A stretch of DNA of 58,460 nucleotides from an uncultured Planctomycetaceae bacterium. Its GTDB lineage: Bacteria; Planctomycetota; Phycisphaerae; UBA1845; UTPLA1. Shown here piece after piece: positions 7,376-16,862 of this stretch. The notes beneath the pieces are model-generated. The model saw only the letters and a list, made by a program, of their open reading frames with translations. It was not told the DNA's origin and made no database searches. Each line of letters begins with the position of its first letter. Positions within the stretch are counted from its first letter, which is position 1. Made by a program: the position numbers and the translations under genes. The stretch lies in assembly GCA_964581285.1 (NCBI GenBank), contig CAZONT010000001.1:1450-59909 (forward strand), in the 5' to 3' direction.

Positions 7376-9823
7376 ATGAAGTTGGATCACATCGAGCGAA
7401 AACCTGACGCGTCCACCATCGACTCGCTGAAGGCCGGCAGGTCAGGGTCCGTTGCGAAGACCGAGAGTCGTTCGGTGCGCGAAATTGATGCGCTGCCGAC
7501 CGTCGACGTCATGATTGTCTGCTACAACTCGGAGCGCTGGCTCGACGGGTTCGTGGATGGGCTGTCGCGGCTGAATTACCCGGCCGATCGGCTGCGGCTT
7601 GTATGCATCGACAACGGCTCGAAGGACCGAACCGTCGAGCGGCTGCGGGCGGCGGCGTCGAAACTTCCGTTCGGAGCCGAGATTGTCGCCGGGGAGCAAA
7701 ATCGCGGGTTCGCCGGCGGGTATGGCGAAGCGTTCCGGCGGGGGGCAGCGGAATACTACTTCGTCGTCAACGTAGACACGGTCGTTGAGTCGGATGCGGT
7801 GCGGCGGTTGATTGCGGCGCTGAAGTCGGATGCGACCATCGGGATCGCCGAGGCGAAGCAGGCGCCGAACGAGCATCCGAAGTACTACGACCCGATCACC
7901 GGCGAGACGAGCTGGTGCAGCGGCGCGTGCATGATGGTCCGGGCCGAAGCGCTGCGGCAGGTGGGGGGATTCTACGAGCCATTTTTCATGTACGCGGAGG
8001 ATGTCGACCTCTCGTGGAGGATGTGGCTGCACGGCTGGCGGTGCGTCTATGTGCCGGATGCGGTGGTGCAACATTTCACGGAAGAACTCGATCCGGGCCG
8101 GAATCCGCAATGGCAGCATTACTTCAGCATGCGGAACGGCGCGCTGATGCGCGTGATGTACGGAAGCCCGGCGGACATTCTCGTTCACTTCGCGGCGATG
8201 TTGCGGATCTCGATACTGTCGCGCGCGCCAATGTGGCATCGCCGGCTCGTGCTGAAGGCAATTGTGGGGTCGCTGCGGCGACTGACGAAGGCGTGGAAGG
8301 AACGGCGAAGCCGGGCGGCGCGCGGTGGGCATCCGTGGGTTTTCTTCAACGGCTGGCTGTACGGCCGACATGCGCGCGATTTGTCGCTCAAACACGATAC
8401 AACGGACCTCTTCGGCGCGCTGGGCACGGCCGAGCGAACGATCGACCGGCCCGTTTCGACGACGGACCACATCGTCGCGCGGGAGCGGGTCCGTGTCGGG
8501 AGAATCGACCGCCGGGCGATCCAGATGTTTGACACGGCGGAGGTTGTGTTCCACGTCGATGTCCCGTCGCCGACGGACCTGTGCGGCGCATTTGCGGCAC
8601 CGGAGGATGCGTGGAAGCCCGATTCGGCCGCGGTCTTCACCGTGCGACAGGATGACGAGGTCATCTGTCGCGAAGAGTTGCAACCGCGTCGGGACCGGGC
8701 GCCGGGCTGGCGGCCGTTTCAGGTTGGGTTGAGTCGATCACGACAGGGTCGGCCTTCGCGGATTTCGCTTCGGTTCGAGCAGATCCACGAACTCGAGTGG
8801 GGCCTGATCGGCGACTTGCGTTTGAAACACCGCGCGTCACCCATGACACCGGAGACGGCCGGCGGAGCGGGACGCGATACGCCGCGGGTGTCGATCGTCA
8901 TACCGACGCACAATCGATGCGACCGGGTCGGGCGCGTGATACGCCGGATCATGACCCAGGAGGCGCCGCGCGAGTTGTACGAAGTGATCGTGGTCGACAG
9001 CAATTCGTCGGACGATACGCCGGCCGTCCTGCGGCGGCTCGAGGCGGAGTATGACTCGCTCAAGGCCCGGCGGTGCGAGCGACCGGGCGCGGCGGCGGCA
9101 CGGAATCTTGGACTCACGGAAGCGCGCGGGGAGCTGATCATCCTGCTGGATGATGACATCCTCGTGGGGTCGGACTTCCTGCGGAAGTACCTCGCGGCGT
9201 ATCGGTGGAACGGCAATCGGGTGCTGCTCGGCCAGATCGTCGCGCCCTGGGAGGACAGCGTCGATCCGTTTCATCGCTATCTCATGCAGGCGCAGGACGT
9301 CAATCGGTACGACTTCGCGGACCCGTCCGACGTGCCTGCGAGTTACTTCTACACGGCGTGCGTGGGCATTCCCCGGGCGGCGCTACGCGGGCTTCGGTTT
9401 GACGACAGCTTCATGGTATATGGCGTCGAGGACATTGAGTTCGGCTACCGGCTGCTGAGGGACGGCGTGCGGATGACCTACGTGCCGGAGATCGAGGTCT
9501 GGCATGAGTACTATCCGCACTACAGCGGCTTTCGGTCGAAGAAGTACAAGGCCGGGTATTCGCTCGGGTATTTCCTGGAGCAGCACCCCGGGCTGGCGAC
9601 GCAGTTCACGTTCGAGCGACGGGTTCGATGGTTCGCGACGATCGTGCGGGCGACTCAGTGGCTTCTGTCGCCGCTGGCGGGTCTGTCGTACCTGCTTGAA
9701 CGGATTCGCTATCGCAGCGGGCCGGTCGGACGGCTGCTTTACCGGTGGATGTATTTTGACCTGCGGTTGCGGATGTACGCCGGCATGCGCCGGTTTCGGC
9801 GTGGAGCGACACCGCCCCTCTGA
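7376..9823 (+). CDS. Bifunctional glycosyltransferase with two GT2 domains (N-terminal rhamnosyltransferase-like GT2, central linker domain, C-terminal GT2)
   Basis: 815 aa. Domain 1: VDVMIVCYNSERWL..IDNGSKD..NRGFAGG..FFMYAEDVDLSWR. Domain 2: VSIVIPTHNRCDR..VVDSNSSDDT..ILLDDD..VEDIEFGYR. Confidence 0.8.
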   Translation: MKLDHIERKPDASTIDSLKAGRSGSVAKTESRSVREIDALPTVDVMIVCYNSERWLDGFVDGLSRLNYPADRLRLVCIDNGSKDRTVERLRAAASKLPFGAEIVAGEQNRGFAGGYGEAFRRGAAEYYFVVNVDTVVESDAVRRLIAALKSDATIGIAEAKQAPNEHPKYYDPITGETSWCSGACMMVRAEALRQVGGFYEPFFMYAEDVDLSWRMWLHGWRCVYVPDAVVQHFTEELDPGRNPQWQHYFSMRNGALMRVMYGSPADILVHFAAMLRISILSRAPMWHRRLVLKAIVGSLRRLTKAWKERRSRAARGGHPWVFFNGWLYGRHARDLSLKHDTTDLFGALGTAERTIDRPVSTTDHIVARERVRVGRIDRRAIQMFDTAEVVFHVDVPSPTDLCGAFAAPEDAWKPDSAAVFTVRQDDEVICREELQPRRDRAPGWRPFQVGLSRSRQGRPSRISLRFEQIHELEWGLIGDLRLKHRASPMTPETAGGAGRDTPRVSIVIPTHNRCDRVGRVIRRIMTQEAPRELYEVIVVDSNSSDDTPAVLRRLEAEYDSLKARRCERPGAAAARNLGLTEARGELIILLDDDILVGSDFLRKYLAAYRWNGNRVLLGQIVAPWEDSVDPFHRYLMQAQDVNRYDFADPSDVPASYFYTACVGIPRAALRGLRFDDSFMVYGVEDIEFGYRLLRDGVRMTYVPEIEVWHEYYPHYSGFRSKKYKAGYSLGYFLEQHPGLATQFTFERRVRWFATIVRATQWLLSPLAGLSYLLERIRYRSGPVGRLLYRWMYFDLRLRMYAGMRRFRRGATPPL

Positions 9824-9828
9824 AAGCC

Positions 9829-10425
9829 ATGAACGAACCGGCCGTACCACAAACTGCGTCCGCTACACCTGAACGGCGCGACCCTCGTGCGACCGCGCTG
9901 GATGTTTTTTACGGCGCAGCGGTGCTGGTGCTGTGTATTTGCATCTGGCAGGCGAGTCGGCCGAGCTGGTTTCCGCCGTCGTATCGACAGGAGAGCCGGC
10001 CGCTGCTGACGGCGGTCCAGGAACTGCGCGACGGGCTCGATTCCAATTCGCGGGTATGGATCGTCTGCCAGGACGACGAGGAGCATGATTTGAACTGGCG
10101 GCGGATTGCCTACGGGTTGATTCCGCGGCGCGTACTGTATCTTCCGCGAAACATCCGGCCGCCAGACGAGGTGTCGCCGCGCGTCGTCGACCCGGAGCAG
10201 GGCTCGCGCGGATCGCTCCACAGTGATTCGATCGCGTTCAGCGATGCCGAGAATCTTCGACGGTACTTGCGAAACATGCAGGTCACGCACATGGTTGTTG
10301 TGAACGACGATCCGACGTTTGCGACACTCACCGGCTTCGATCGTCCCGCCGGTCGCATGTACCTTGTGCGGTTCGATCCAGTCACGGGTCAACTTGCGGA
10401 GCTACGAAGTGTCCCGCGACCTTGA
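9829..10425 (+). CDS. Hypothetical membrane-anchored protein (one N-terminal TM, ~140-aa extracytoplasmic domain)
   Basis: 198-aa ORF 5 nt after the previous stop. TM helix VFYGAAVLVLCICIW. High GC3. No family recognised. Confidence 0.5.
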   Translation: MNEPAVPQTASATPERRDPRATALDVFYGAAVLVLCICIWQASRPSWFPPSYRQESRPLLTAVQELRDGLDSNSRVWIVCQDDEEHDLNWRRIAYGLIPRRVLYLPRNIRPPDEVSPRVVDPEQGSRGSLHSDSIAFSDAENLRRYLRNMQVTHMVVVNDDPTFATLTGFDRPAGRMYLVRFDPVTGQLAELRSVPRP

Positions 10426-10465
10426 GGCATTTCGTACGTTCCTCGCATCTCCTGCGGCGGCCGTC

Positions 10466-11926
10466 ATGGGGGTCGTGGTGGGGGAGATCGTCGTTTACTT
10501 TCTGGCGGGGCGGGTGGTGGCCGCGCTGTTGACGCGTCGGGGTCGCGCGTTGGGGCGGGATTGGTACACCGCCGCTTACGTCGCGGTCGGTGGGTTGGCA
10601 GTGAACTTCGTTGCGTTCCTGGTGCTGTTTGCGGGGGTTCATTCGCTGCGAGGCGCTTACCTGATCGCGCTGCTGCCATTCGTGGCGGCGGCGATTTTTC
10701 GGCGGCGCGAGGTGTTCAACTTTCGGGTCGGATGGGCGCTGCTTGTTCTGGTGCTGATGGTTTTCGCGTTTCGCGTTCCCGGAGCGACGCTGTTGCAGGC
10801 CGAGCCGCAGATGTGGGACGAGTTCACGCATTGGGCCGGGCGTGCGCGGCAGATACTGCTGCTGGACCGGCTGCCGGTGGCGGGTGAGCCGCTTTCGGGG
10901 GTCGCGCCGCACTATGGATTATTTGCGACGATGCTGGCTGTGGGCTCCTACGTGCCATTCGGCCGCGAGGTTGTCGGGGCCGGGATCGCCTGGAGCCTGA
11001 TCTTTTCGATTCTGATGGCCGTTCACAGCTATGAGTTCCTGCGGCGGCACGGTGTTTCGCGGCTCTTTGCGGGGCCGGCGTGCACGTGGTTTCTGGCGTG
11101 GCTGATGCGCGGCCAGAGTTTGCTGTCGACGAGCATGTACGCGGATATTTTTGTCGCGGTCGGAGGCACGCTGGCAGTCCTGCACCTGTGCGACTTCGGG
11201 CTGCCGCCGGCGGGGGAGGCGCGGCGGGCGGAGGACGGACTGCTGGCGGCATGCGGGCTTGGGATTCTCGTGTTTACGAAGACGACGGGCGATGTGATCG
11301 CAGCGGGAGCGATTGGTTATGCCGGCGCGGCCGTGGTGATCGGCGCGATTTGGAGACGTTCGCCGCGCGCGATTCCGGCCGGGTGGCTGGCGATCATGCT
11401 GGCAGTCGTTCCGGCGGTTGGCATTCGCGCGGCGTGGATGGGATATGGCCATTTACACAATCCAACGGCGGAGCAGTTGCTGCTGGAACGGGGCGGGCGG
11501 GCCACGGATGTCATTCACGCTCCCGAGGTTCCGTGGGCGAAGATGATTGGCATCACGTTTGACGGCATCGCGCACGAGGAGCCGTACTCGGTGCTGCTGG
11601 CGGCGTTGCCGGGCTGCATTCTGCTGGATTTCTTCCTGCGCGCGGCGAGCGGCCGGCGACCGCGATCGGCGCGGCTGAGCATGCTGGTCGGCTGGATGCC
11701 GCTGGTCGTGGTCATGTTTGCGATTGTGCTGAATGTGACGTTCGGGCCGTCGCGCGCAAATCTGGACGGCGGGCGGTATCTGGCGGCGGTGCTGCCGGTG
11801 CTGTTGTGTTACCTGGTGTCGGTCGGTGCGCGCTTTGCTGAGTGGGCCGTTTCCTTCGATAGCGGCGTTCTGTACACTCGGGATGCGGCGACGAGCCCGG
11901 TCGATTCGGGGCCGAAGACCGCCTGA
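10466..11926 (+). CDS. Polytopic membrane protein, possible unclassified GT-C-type glycosyltransferase/polymerase
   Basis: 486 aa from the first ATG after the upstream stop, with at least 10 hydrophobic helices. Acidic loop motif PQMWDEFTHWAGRAR after early helices is reminiscent of the GT-C DE loop. Function uncertain. Confidence 0.5.
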   Translation: MGVVVGEIVVYFLAGRVVAALLTRRGRALGRDWYTAAYVAVGGLAVNFVAFLVLFAGVHSLRGAYLIALLPFVAAAIFRRREVFNFRVGWALLVLVLMVFAFRVPGATLLQAEPQMWDEFTHWAGRARQILLLDRLPVAGEPLSGVAPHYGLFATMLAVGSYVPFGREVVGAGIAWSLIFSILMAVHSYEFLRRHGVSRLFAGPACTWFLAWLMRGQSLLSTSMYADIFVAVGGTLAVLHLCDFGLPPAGEARRAEDGLLAACGLGILVFTKTTGDVIAAGAIGYAGAAVVIGAIWRRSPRAIPAGWLAIMLAVVPAVGIRAAWMGYGHLHNPTAEQLLLERGGRATDVIHAPEVPWAKMIGITFDGIAHEEPYSVLLAALPGCILLDFFLRAASGRRPRSARLSMLVGWMPLVVVMFAIVLNVTFGPSRANLDGGRYLAAVLPVLLCYLVSVGARFAEWAVSFDSGVLYTRDAATSPVDSGPKTA

Positions 11927-12008
11927 TTTCAACCCTTCTGAGTCGAACTGGTTTGCCAGGCCCGTGCTCGAATCGCGATCCACGAGAGAGTCAGCCCCGA
12001 CAATCCGC

Positions 12009-13178
12009 GTGCCGCGGCGGGTGGCCGTGTTCACGGGGCATTTTTATCCGCATGTGGGCGGCGTCGAGCGATTCAGTCTTGAGCTGTGGCGGCGGATGGC
12101 GGCGCGCGGCTGGGACGTGCGACTGCTGACGAGCAACACGCATGGGGCGGCGGCGTCGGAGCGGGTTGAGGGGATCCACGTCGTTCGATTGCCGGTGTTC
12201 AAGGTAGTGAGCAACCGACTGCCGGTGTTGCTGCCGTCGCGAGCGCTGTGGCGGGCGGTTCGAGAATTGCGCGAATGGTCGCCAGACGTGATCGTCACGA
12301 ACACGCGGTTTTTCAGCACGAGCGTGCTGGGGGTCGCGCTTGCGGAGCGATGGAACGTGCCGTGCCTGCACATCGATCACGGGTCGGATCACATTCGAGT
12401 CGGATCGCCGGTTGCCAATCGCGTGGCGGAGATGATCGATCACTCGATCGGGAGCTGGGTCGTACGGCGGGCGACGCGGTGTGTAGGCGTTTCGGGGGCT
12501 GTCGCGCGATTCGTCGAACATCTCGGGCGTTCGGGGGCGGGCGTTCTGTATAACGGCGTCGATACGGCAGCGTTCTCGCCGGGGGACACAGCGGGCCGCG
12601 AGCGGCTGGGCTTGTCCCGCGACGATTTCCTGGTGCTGTTCGTCGGGCGACTCATCGAGGACAAGGGCGTGATGCATCTGCTCGATGCAATGGATCGGCT
12701 GAATGGGGCGACGCGGGCGCAACTCGTGGTTGCCGGGGACGGTCCACTCATGCCGGCCATCCGGGCGCGGACGGCGGGGCGGGCGAACGTGCACCTGCTG
12801 GGATTTGTGTCGCCGCAGGAGGTGGGTCGGCTGATGTGCGCGTGCGACGTGTTTGTGCACCCGTCGAACTATCCGGAGGGATTGCCGACTTCGATTCTTG
12901 AAGCGGGGGCGGCGGGTGCAGCGATCGTGGCGACGCCGATGGGGGGAACGGAGGAGATCGTGCCGACACCGGCACATGGGCTGATTGTGCCGCCGGCGGA
13001 TCCGCCGCGGCTGGCCGAGGCGATTTCGCGGTTGGAGCGGGACCGGGCATTGCGGGCTTCGCTCGGGCGGACAGTCCGCGAGCATGTGCAAAGGACGTTT
13101 GACTGGGAACGCATCGCCGACGCGGCGGAGGCGGAGTTGAACGCGCTGATCCCGTCGGCGGCAGAGGTTCGCCGATGA
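12009..13178 (+). CDS. GT4-family (GT-B fold, Glycos_transf_1) glycosyltransferase
   Basis: ..RVAVFTGHFYPHVGGVERF.. N-terminus and ..FVHPSNYPEGLPTSILEAGAAGAAIVAT.. EX7E-type C-terminal motif. GTG at 12009 chosen, since the longer track ORF overlaps the upstream gene. Confidence 0.8.
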   Translation: MPRRVAVFTGHFYPHVGGVERFSLELWRRMAARGWDVRLLTSNTHGAAASERVEGIHVVRLPVFKVVSNRLPVLLPSRALWRAVRELREWSPDVIVTNTRFFSTSVLGVALAERWNVPCLHIDHGSDHIRVGSPVANRVAEMIDHSIGSWVVRRATRCVGVSGAVARFVEHLGRSGAGVLYNGVDTAAFSPGDTAGRERLGLSRDDFLVLFVGRLIEDKGVMHLLDAMDRLNGATRAQLVVAGDGPLMPAIRARTAGRANVHLLGFVSPQEVGRLMCACDVFVHPSNYPEGLPTSILEAGAAGAAIVATPMGGTEEIVPTPAHGLIVPPADPPRLAEAISRLERDRALRASLGRTVREHVQRTFDWERIADAAEAELNALIPSAAEVRR

Positions 13179-14203
13179 GCAGGGTTTACCGCGTGGCGAT
13201 CATCGGGGCCGGCAACATTACGAGCTTGCGGCACATTCCGGCACTGCGCGGAAGCGGGCGGACGGAAATTGTGGGTGTGGTCGATCGGCACGAGGATCGC
13301 GCGCGGCGTGTGGCGGAACGCTTTCGGTTGCCGCATTTTGGGACCGACATTGCTGCGGGCTGGATGAACGACGTGGAGGCGGTGTCGGTTGGCGTGCCGC
13401 CGTTTGCGCATGCGGCGGTGGCGTCGGCGTTGCTTGGGGCGGGAAAGCATGTGTTGCTTGAGAAGCCGATGGCGCTGACGGTCGACGAGGCGGAGGGGCT
13501 GGTGCGACTGGCGAAAGCAAACAGTCGCATCCTCGCGCTGGTGCACAATTTTCAGTTCGCGCGATCGGCGATCAAGCTCGAGCAACTGATCCGGGACGGG
13601 AAACTGGGTGATGTCCGTGGAATCCTCTGTTTCCAACTCAGCACGACGGAACGCCGGCTGCCGGTATGGGCTGAGGAGCTGCCGCTCGGACTATTTTACG
13701 ACGAAGCGCCGCATCTGCTGTACCTATTGCGGGCGTTTGGAGGCGATGTCAGCGTTCGGTCGGTCTCGGCGACGCCGTCTCTGATCGGGCGTACGACGCC
13801 GGCCGTGATCACGGCGCATCTGTCGGCCGGTTCCGTCCCGGCTGTGCTCTACAACAATTTCGAGGCGCCGGTTTCGGAGTGGCACTTCGCGGTGCTGGGC
13901 ACAAAGCAGATGGGCGTCGTCGACGTGTTTCGCGACGTGCTGGTGCGGCTGCCGAACGACAACCAGCATCTTGCGATGGATGTCATGCGGACGTCGGTCG
14001 CGGGAATTCGCACGCACCTGGCAGGCGTTTTCACGTCGGGCCTGGCGATGCTTCGTGGCAAGCTGCTGTATGGGAACGATGAGGTCGTCCGGCGGTTTCT
14101 CGACGCGATCGAGACGGGGCGGGCGCCGGCCGATATCTCCGCCGAGGACGGACTGGCCGTGCTGCGGTTGCAACACGAGATCGTCCGGCTCGCGGGCCGT
14201 TGA
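13175..14203 (+). CDS. Gfo/Idh/MocA-family NAD(P)-dependent sugar oxidoreductase
   Basis: Rossmann N-terminus YRVAIIGAGNITSLRHIPAL and ..VLLEKPMALTVDEAEGL.. motif. ATGA overlap with the GT4 stop. Confidence 0.85.
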   Translation: MSRVYRVAIIGAGNITSLRHIPALRGSGRTEIVGVVDRHEDRARRVAERFRLPHFGTDIAAGWMNDVEAVSVGVPPFAHAAVASALLGAGKHVLLEKPMALTVDEAEGLVRLAKANSRILALVHNFQFARSAIKLEQLIRDGKLGDVRGILCFQLSTTERRLPVWAEELPLGLFYDEAPHLLYLLRAFGGDVSVRSVSATPSLIGRTTPAVITAHLSAGSVPAVLYNNFEAPVSEWHFAVLGTKQMGVVDVFRDVLVRLPNDNQHLAMDVMRTSVAGIRTHLAGVFTSGLAMLRGKLLYGNDEVVRRFLDAIETGRAPADISAEDGLAVLRLQHEIVRLAGR

Positions 14204-14261
14204 TGCGGCGGGTGAGGGGCGTGTTGCATCGGTGTGGTCGGGAAAGTCTAATGATTTGCTG

Positions 14262-14942
14262 ATGCAGCGAATCGCGTACGTCATTCCGGCATTTAATGAG
14301 GGGCGCGTCATTGGCGACGTGGTCGCCACGCTGCGGCGCGAGGCGCCGGCGGGGCTCGTGATCGTTGTTGACGACGCGTCGAACGATGGAACGCGCGAGG
14401 CGGCTGGTGCGGCGGGGGCGATTGTGCTGCGGCATACGATCAATCGCGGGCAGGGGGCGGCGCTGCAGACGGGGTTCGACGCGGCGATCCGGCTGGGAGC
14501 GGATGTCGTTATTACATTCGATGCAGACGGGCAGCACCGGGCGGACAACGTCCGGCGATTACTCGACGCGCTCGAGACATCCGGGGCGGATGTGGCGCTC
14601 GGCTCGCGGTTTCGGGGCGAGGAATCGGAGATGCCGGCCGGGCGGAAGACGCTTCTGAAGTTCGGTTTGCTTTTTACGCGCGTCGTTTCGCGGATTCGTG
14701 TGAGCGATACGCATAATGGGCTGCGGGCGTTTCGTGCATCGGCGCTGGCGAAGATTCGGATCAGTGAGGATCGCATGGCGCATGCTTCGGAGCTGCTCGA
14801 TTTGATTGCGGCAGGTGGGCTCAAGTACGTCGAAGTGCCGTGCTCGATTCGGTATACCGACTACAGCATGCAGAAGGGGCAGCGGTGGACCGGCGCGCCG
14901 CGGATTGTGTTTGACTTCCTGCTCGGGAAGTTGTTCCGATGA
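14262..14942 (+). CDS. GT2 polyprenol-phosphate glycosyltransferase (GtrB/ArnC/Ppm1-like)
   Basis: 226 aa from the ATG at 14262. ..IAYVIPAFNEGRVIG..VVDDASNDGT..INRGQGAALQTG..ITFDADGQH... The upstream part of the track ORF overlaps the oxidoreductase and is Arg-rich. Confidence 0.8.
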   Translation: MQRIAYVIPAFNEGRVIGDVVATLRREAPAGLVIVVDDASNDGTREAAGAAGAIVLRHTINRGQGAALQTGFDAAIRLGADVVITFDADGQHRADNVRRLLDALETSGADVALGSRFRGEESEMPAGRKTLLKFGLLFTRVVSRIRVSDTHNGLRAFRASALAKIRISEDRMAHASELLDLIAAGGLKYVEVPCSIRYTDYSMQKGQRWTGAPRIVFDFLLGKLFR

Positions 14943-15346
14943 ACCATTCGCCAGGCCCGGGAATCACGTTATTCCAGATCGTCACGATTGGCGTGCTCGT
15001 CGTGCTCGTGGCGTACAGTCTGCGGGCGTGGCTGGTGCTCGGACGGCGGCGGATGGCGCTTGCCTGTCTGCTCTTTCTGAGCGCCGGCATCGCCATCGCG
15101 TTTCCGAAAACGACGCAATTCATTGCCAATCGGCTTGGAATCGATCGCGGCGCTGACCTCGTCGCGTACATGACGACGTTTGCCGCGATCGGGTGCTACT
15201 TTTTGACGCTCTACAGCCATCGCCGGCTGAGGATGCAGATTACGGAATTAACGAGGCAGCTTGCGCTTTCGCAGCTTCCGCCGCGCGAATCGCTGCCACC
15301 GGAGTGGCGTCAGACGGCCGCTGTGGCGGCCGATGAGTCGCGATAG
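14939..15346 (+). CDS. DUF2304-family small membrane protein
   Basis: 135 aa, 4 TM helices. ..IAIAFPKTTQFIANRLGIDRGADLVAYMTTF.. matches the DUF2304 core (GxxRGADL). ATGA overlap with the GT2 stop. 3' end overlaps wzt convergently by 37 nt. Confidence 0.65.
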   Translation: MNHSPGPGITLFQIVTIGVLVVLVAYSLRAWLVLGRRRMALACLLFLSAGIAIAFPKTTQFIANRLGIDRGADLVAYMTTFAAIGCYFLTLYSHRRLRMQITELTRQLALSQLPPRESLPPEWRQTAAVAADESR

Positions 15347-16071
15347 GCGGGGACGATCTCGCTCGGCTCGCCATCCATCGCCACGACACCGCCTTTGATC
15401 CATACGCAGCGATTGCAGTATTCCTCGATCAGCGCCATCTGGTGCGAGACGAGGACGACGATGCGCGAACGGTTGAGCAGGGCCCGCATCCGGGCACGGG
15501 CCTTTTCGACCCAGTGGATATCGCCGACGCTGAAGACTTCATCGAGCAGAAGAATCTCCGGGTCGATTTCGGTGGCGACGCTGAACGCGAGGCGCTGCTG
15601 CATGCCGGAGGAGTAATACTTCACGGGGGTGTCGGCGAATTCGTGCAGTTCGGCGAAGTCGAAGATCGGGCCGACCTTGCGGATCATCTCGCGCTTGGGG
15701 AAGCCCATGATGGCGCCGGTCAGGAAGATGTTTTCGCGGCCGCTGAGTTCACCGTTGAAGCCGATGCCGACCTCAAGCAGCGGGACGAGGAAGCCGTGGC
15801 GACGGACGCGGCCGGACGTGGGGGGGTAAATGCGCGAGATGACCTTGAGCATCGATGACTTGCCGGCGCCGTTGTCGCCGATGAGGCCGACGCGCTGGCC
15901 GGGGGTGATGTTGAGACTGACGTTTCTGAGGGCGGTCACTTCGGTGTAGGGCTTGGCGTAGCGGCGGCGGGCGAGGGCGTTGACGACGGCCTCCTTGATC
16001 GAGCGACCGCGCGTGGAATAGACGCGAAACCGAAGTGTGACATCCTCAACGGCGATGAAGTTCTCGGGCAT
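15310..16071 (-). CDS. wzt: Polysaccharide ABC exporter ATP-binding protein (Wzt/TagH/KpsT type, short form without C-terminal carbohydrate-binding domain)
   Basis: Walker A GDNGAGKSS, signature YSSGMQQRL, Walker B ILLLDE. 253 aa. Confidence 0.85.
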   Translation of the reverse strand: MPENFIAVEDVTLRFRVYSTRGRSIKEAVVNALARRRYAKPYTEVTALRNVSLNITPGQRVGLIGDNGAGKSSMLKVISRIYPPTSGRVRRHGFLVPLLEVGIGFNGELSGRENIFLTGAIMGFPKREMIRKVGPIFDFAELHEFADTPVKYYSSGMQQRLAFSVATEIDPEILLLDEVFSVGDIHWVEKARARMRALLNRSRIVVLVSHQMALIEEYCNRCVWIKGGVVAMDGEPSEIVPAYRDSSAATAAV

Positions 16072-16079
16072 GGGTGGTA

Positions 16080-16862
16080 TCAGAGCGCGAAGATCAGCTC
16101 GTCCTCATTCCGCCAGAAGACCGTCAGACCGAACGCGAGGACGACGAGCGACGTTACCACGGCGGTCGCCAGTTCCGACGGCGTGGGGAGCGTGCCGTGG
16201 TAGATCGGCCGATGGAACATCTCGATGATGCTGAACATGGGGTTGATCTTAAAGAAGTAAACGTACTTGTGGGGCATCTGGTCCAGCGGATAAATGACGG
16301 GCGTCAGATAGAACCAGGCGCTCAGGAAGACCGAAATCAGGTGCTGCATGTCGCGGAAATAGACCGTGACTTTGGCAGCCAACGCTCCCAGCCCGACAGC
16401 CATGCTTACGACGCACAGGAAGGACAACGGCAGGATCGCGAGGGCCGGCGTGAGTTTCAGGCCGACGATGGGGCCGACTGTGAGGAGCAGGACGAATAAG
16501 GACAGGACAAAGGTGATCAGATTCTGGAGAACGAAACTGATCGGGAAGATCAACTTCGGGAAGTATTGACGCCGGAGCATTGTCTCGGCGTTGACGATGG
16601 ACATGGCACAGCCGTCGATGGACGAGGCGAAGAAGCTCCACGGCAGGACGCCGGAGAGAACGTAGAGGGGGAACCGACCGGTTGCCGGAAACAGGAGCGA
16701 GAAGACCGCGCTGATAACCAGCATTTGCAGGAGTGGGTTCAGCAGGGACCAGAAGAAACCCAGCGCGGATCGGCGGTATTTGACCTTGAGATCCTGCGCG
16801 ACGAAGTTCTTGATGACTTCGCGGAACTGCCAGAGTTCGCTGATTCGGCCGACCGGCCCCAT
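16080..16862 (-). CDS. wzm: Polysaccharide ABC exporter permease (ABC-2 type, Wzm)
   Basis: ..LWQFREVIKNFVAQDLKVKYRRSALGFFWSLLNPLL.. ABC-2 N-terminal motif plus 6 TM helices. ATG at 16862 preferred over the in-frame TTG at 16892. Stop lies 8 nt before the wzt start. Confidence 0.85.
   Translation of the reverse strand: MGPVGRISELWQFREVIKNFVAQDLKVKYRRSALGFFWSLLNPLLQMLVISAVFSLLFPATGRFPLYVLSGVLPWSFFASSIDGCAMSIVNAETMLRRQYFPKLIFPISFVLQNLITFVLSLFVLLLTVGPIVGLKLTPALAILPLSFLCVVSMAVGLGALAAKVTVYFRDMQHLISVFLSAWFYLTPVIYPLDQMPHKYVYFFKINPMFSIIEMFHRPIYHGTLPTPSELATAVVTSLVVLAFGLTVFWRNEDELIFAL

Noticed and set aside
5069-14824. Long antisense ORFs inside the glycan locus (5069..6238, 7442..8683, 11991..13091, 13724..14824).
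   Set aside because: All are extremely Arg/Pro/His-rich and lie opposite genes with GT/oxidoreductase signatures.
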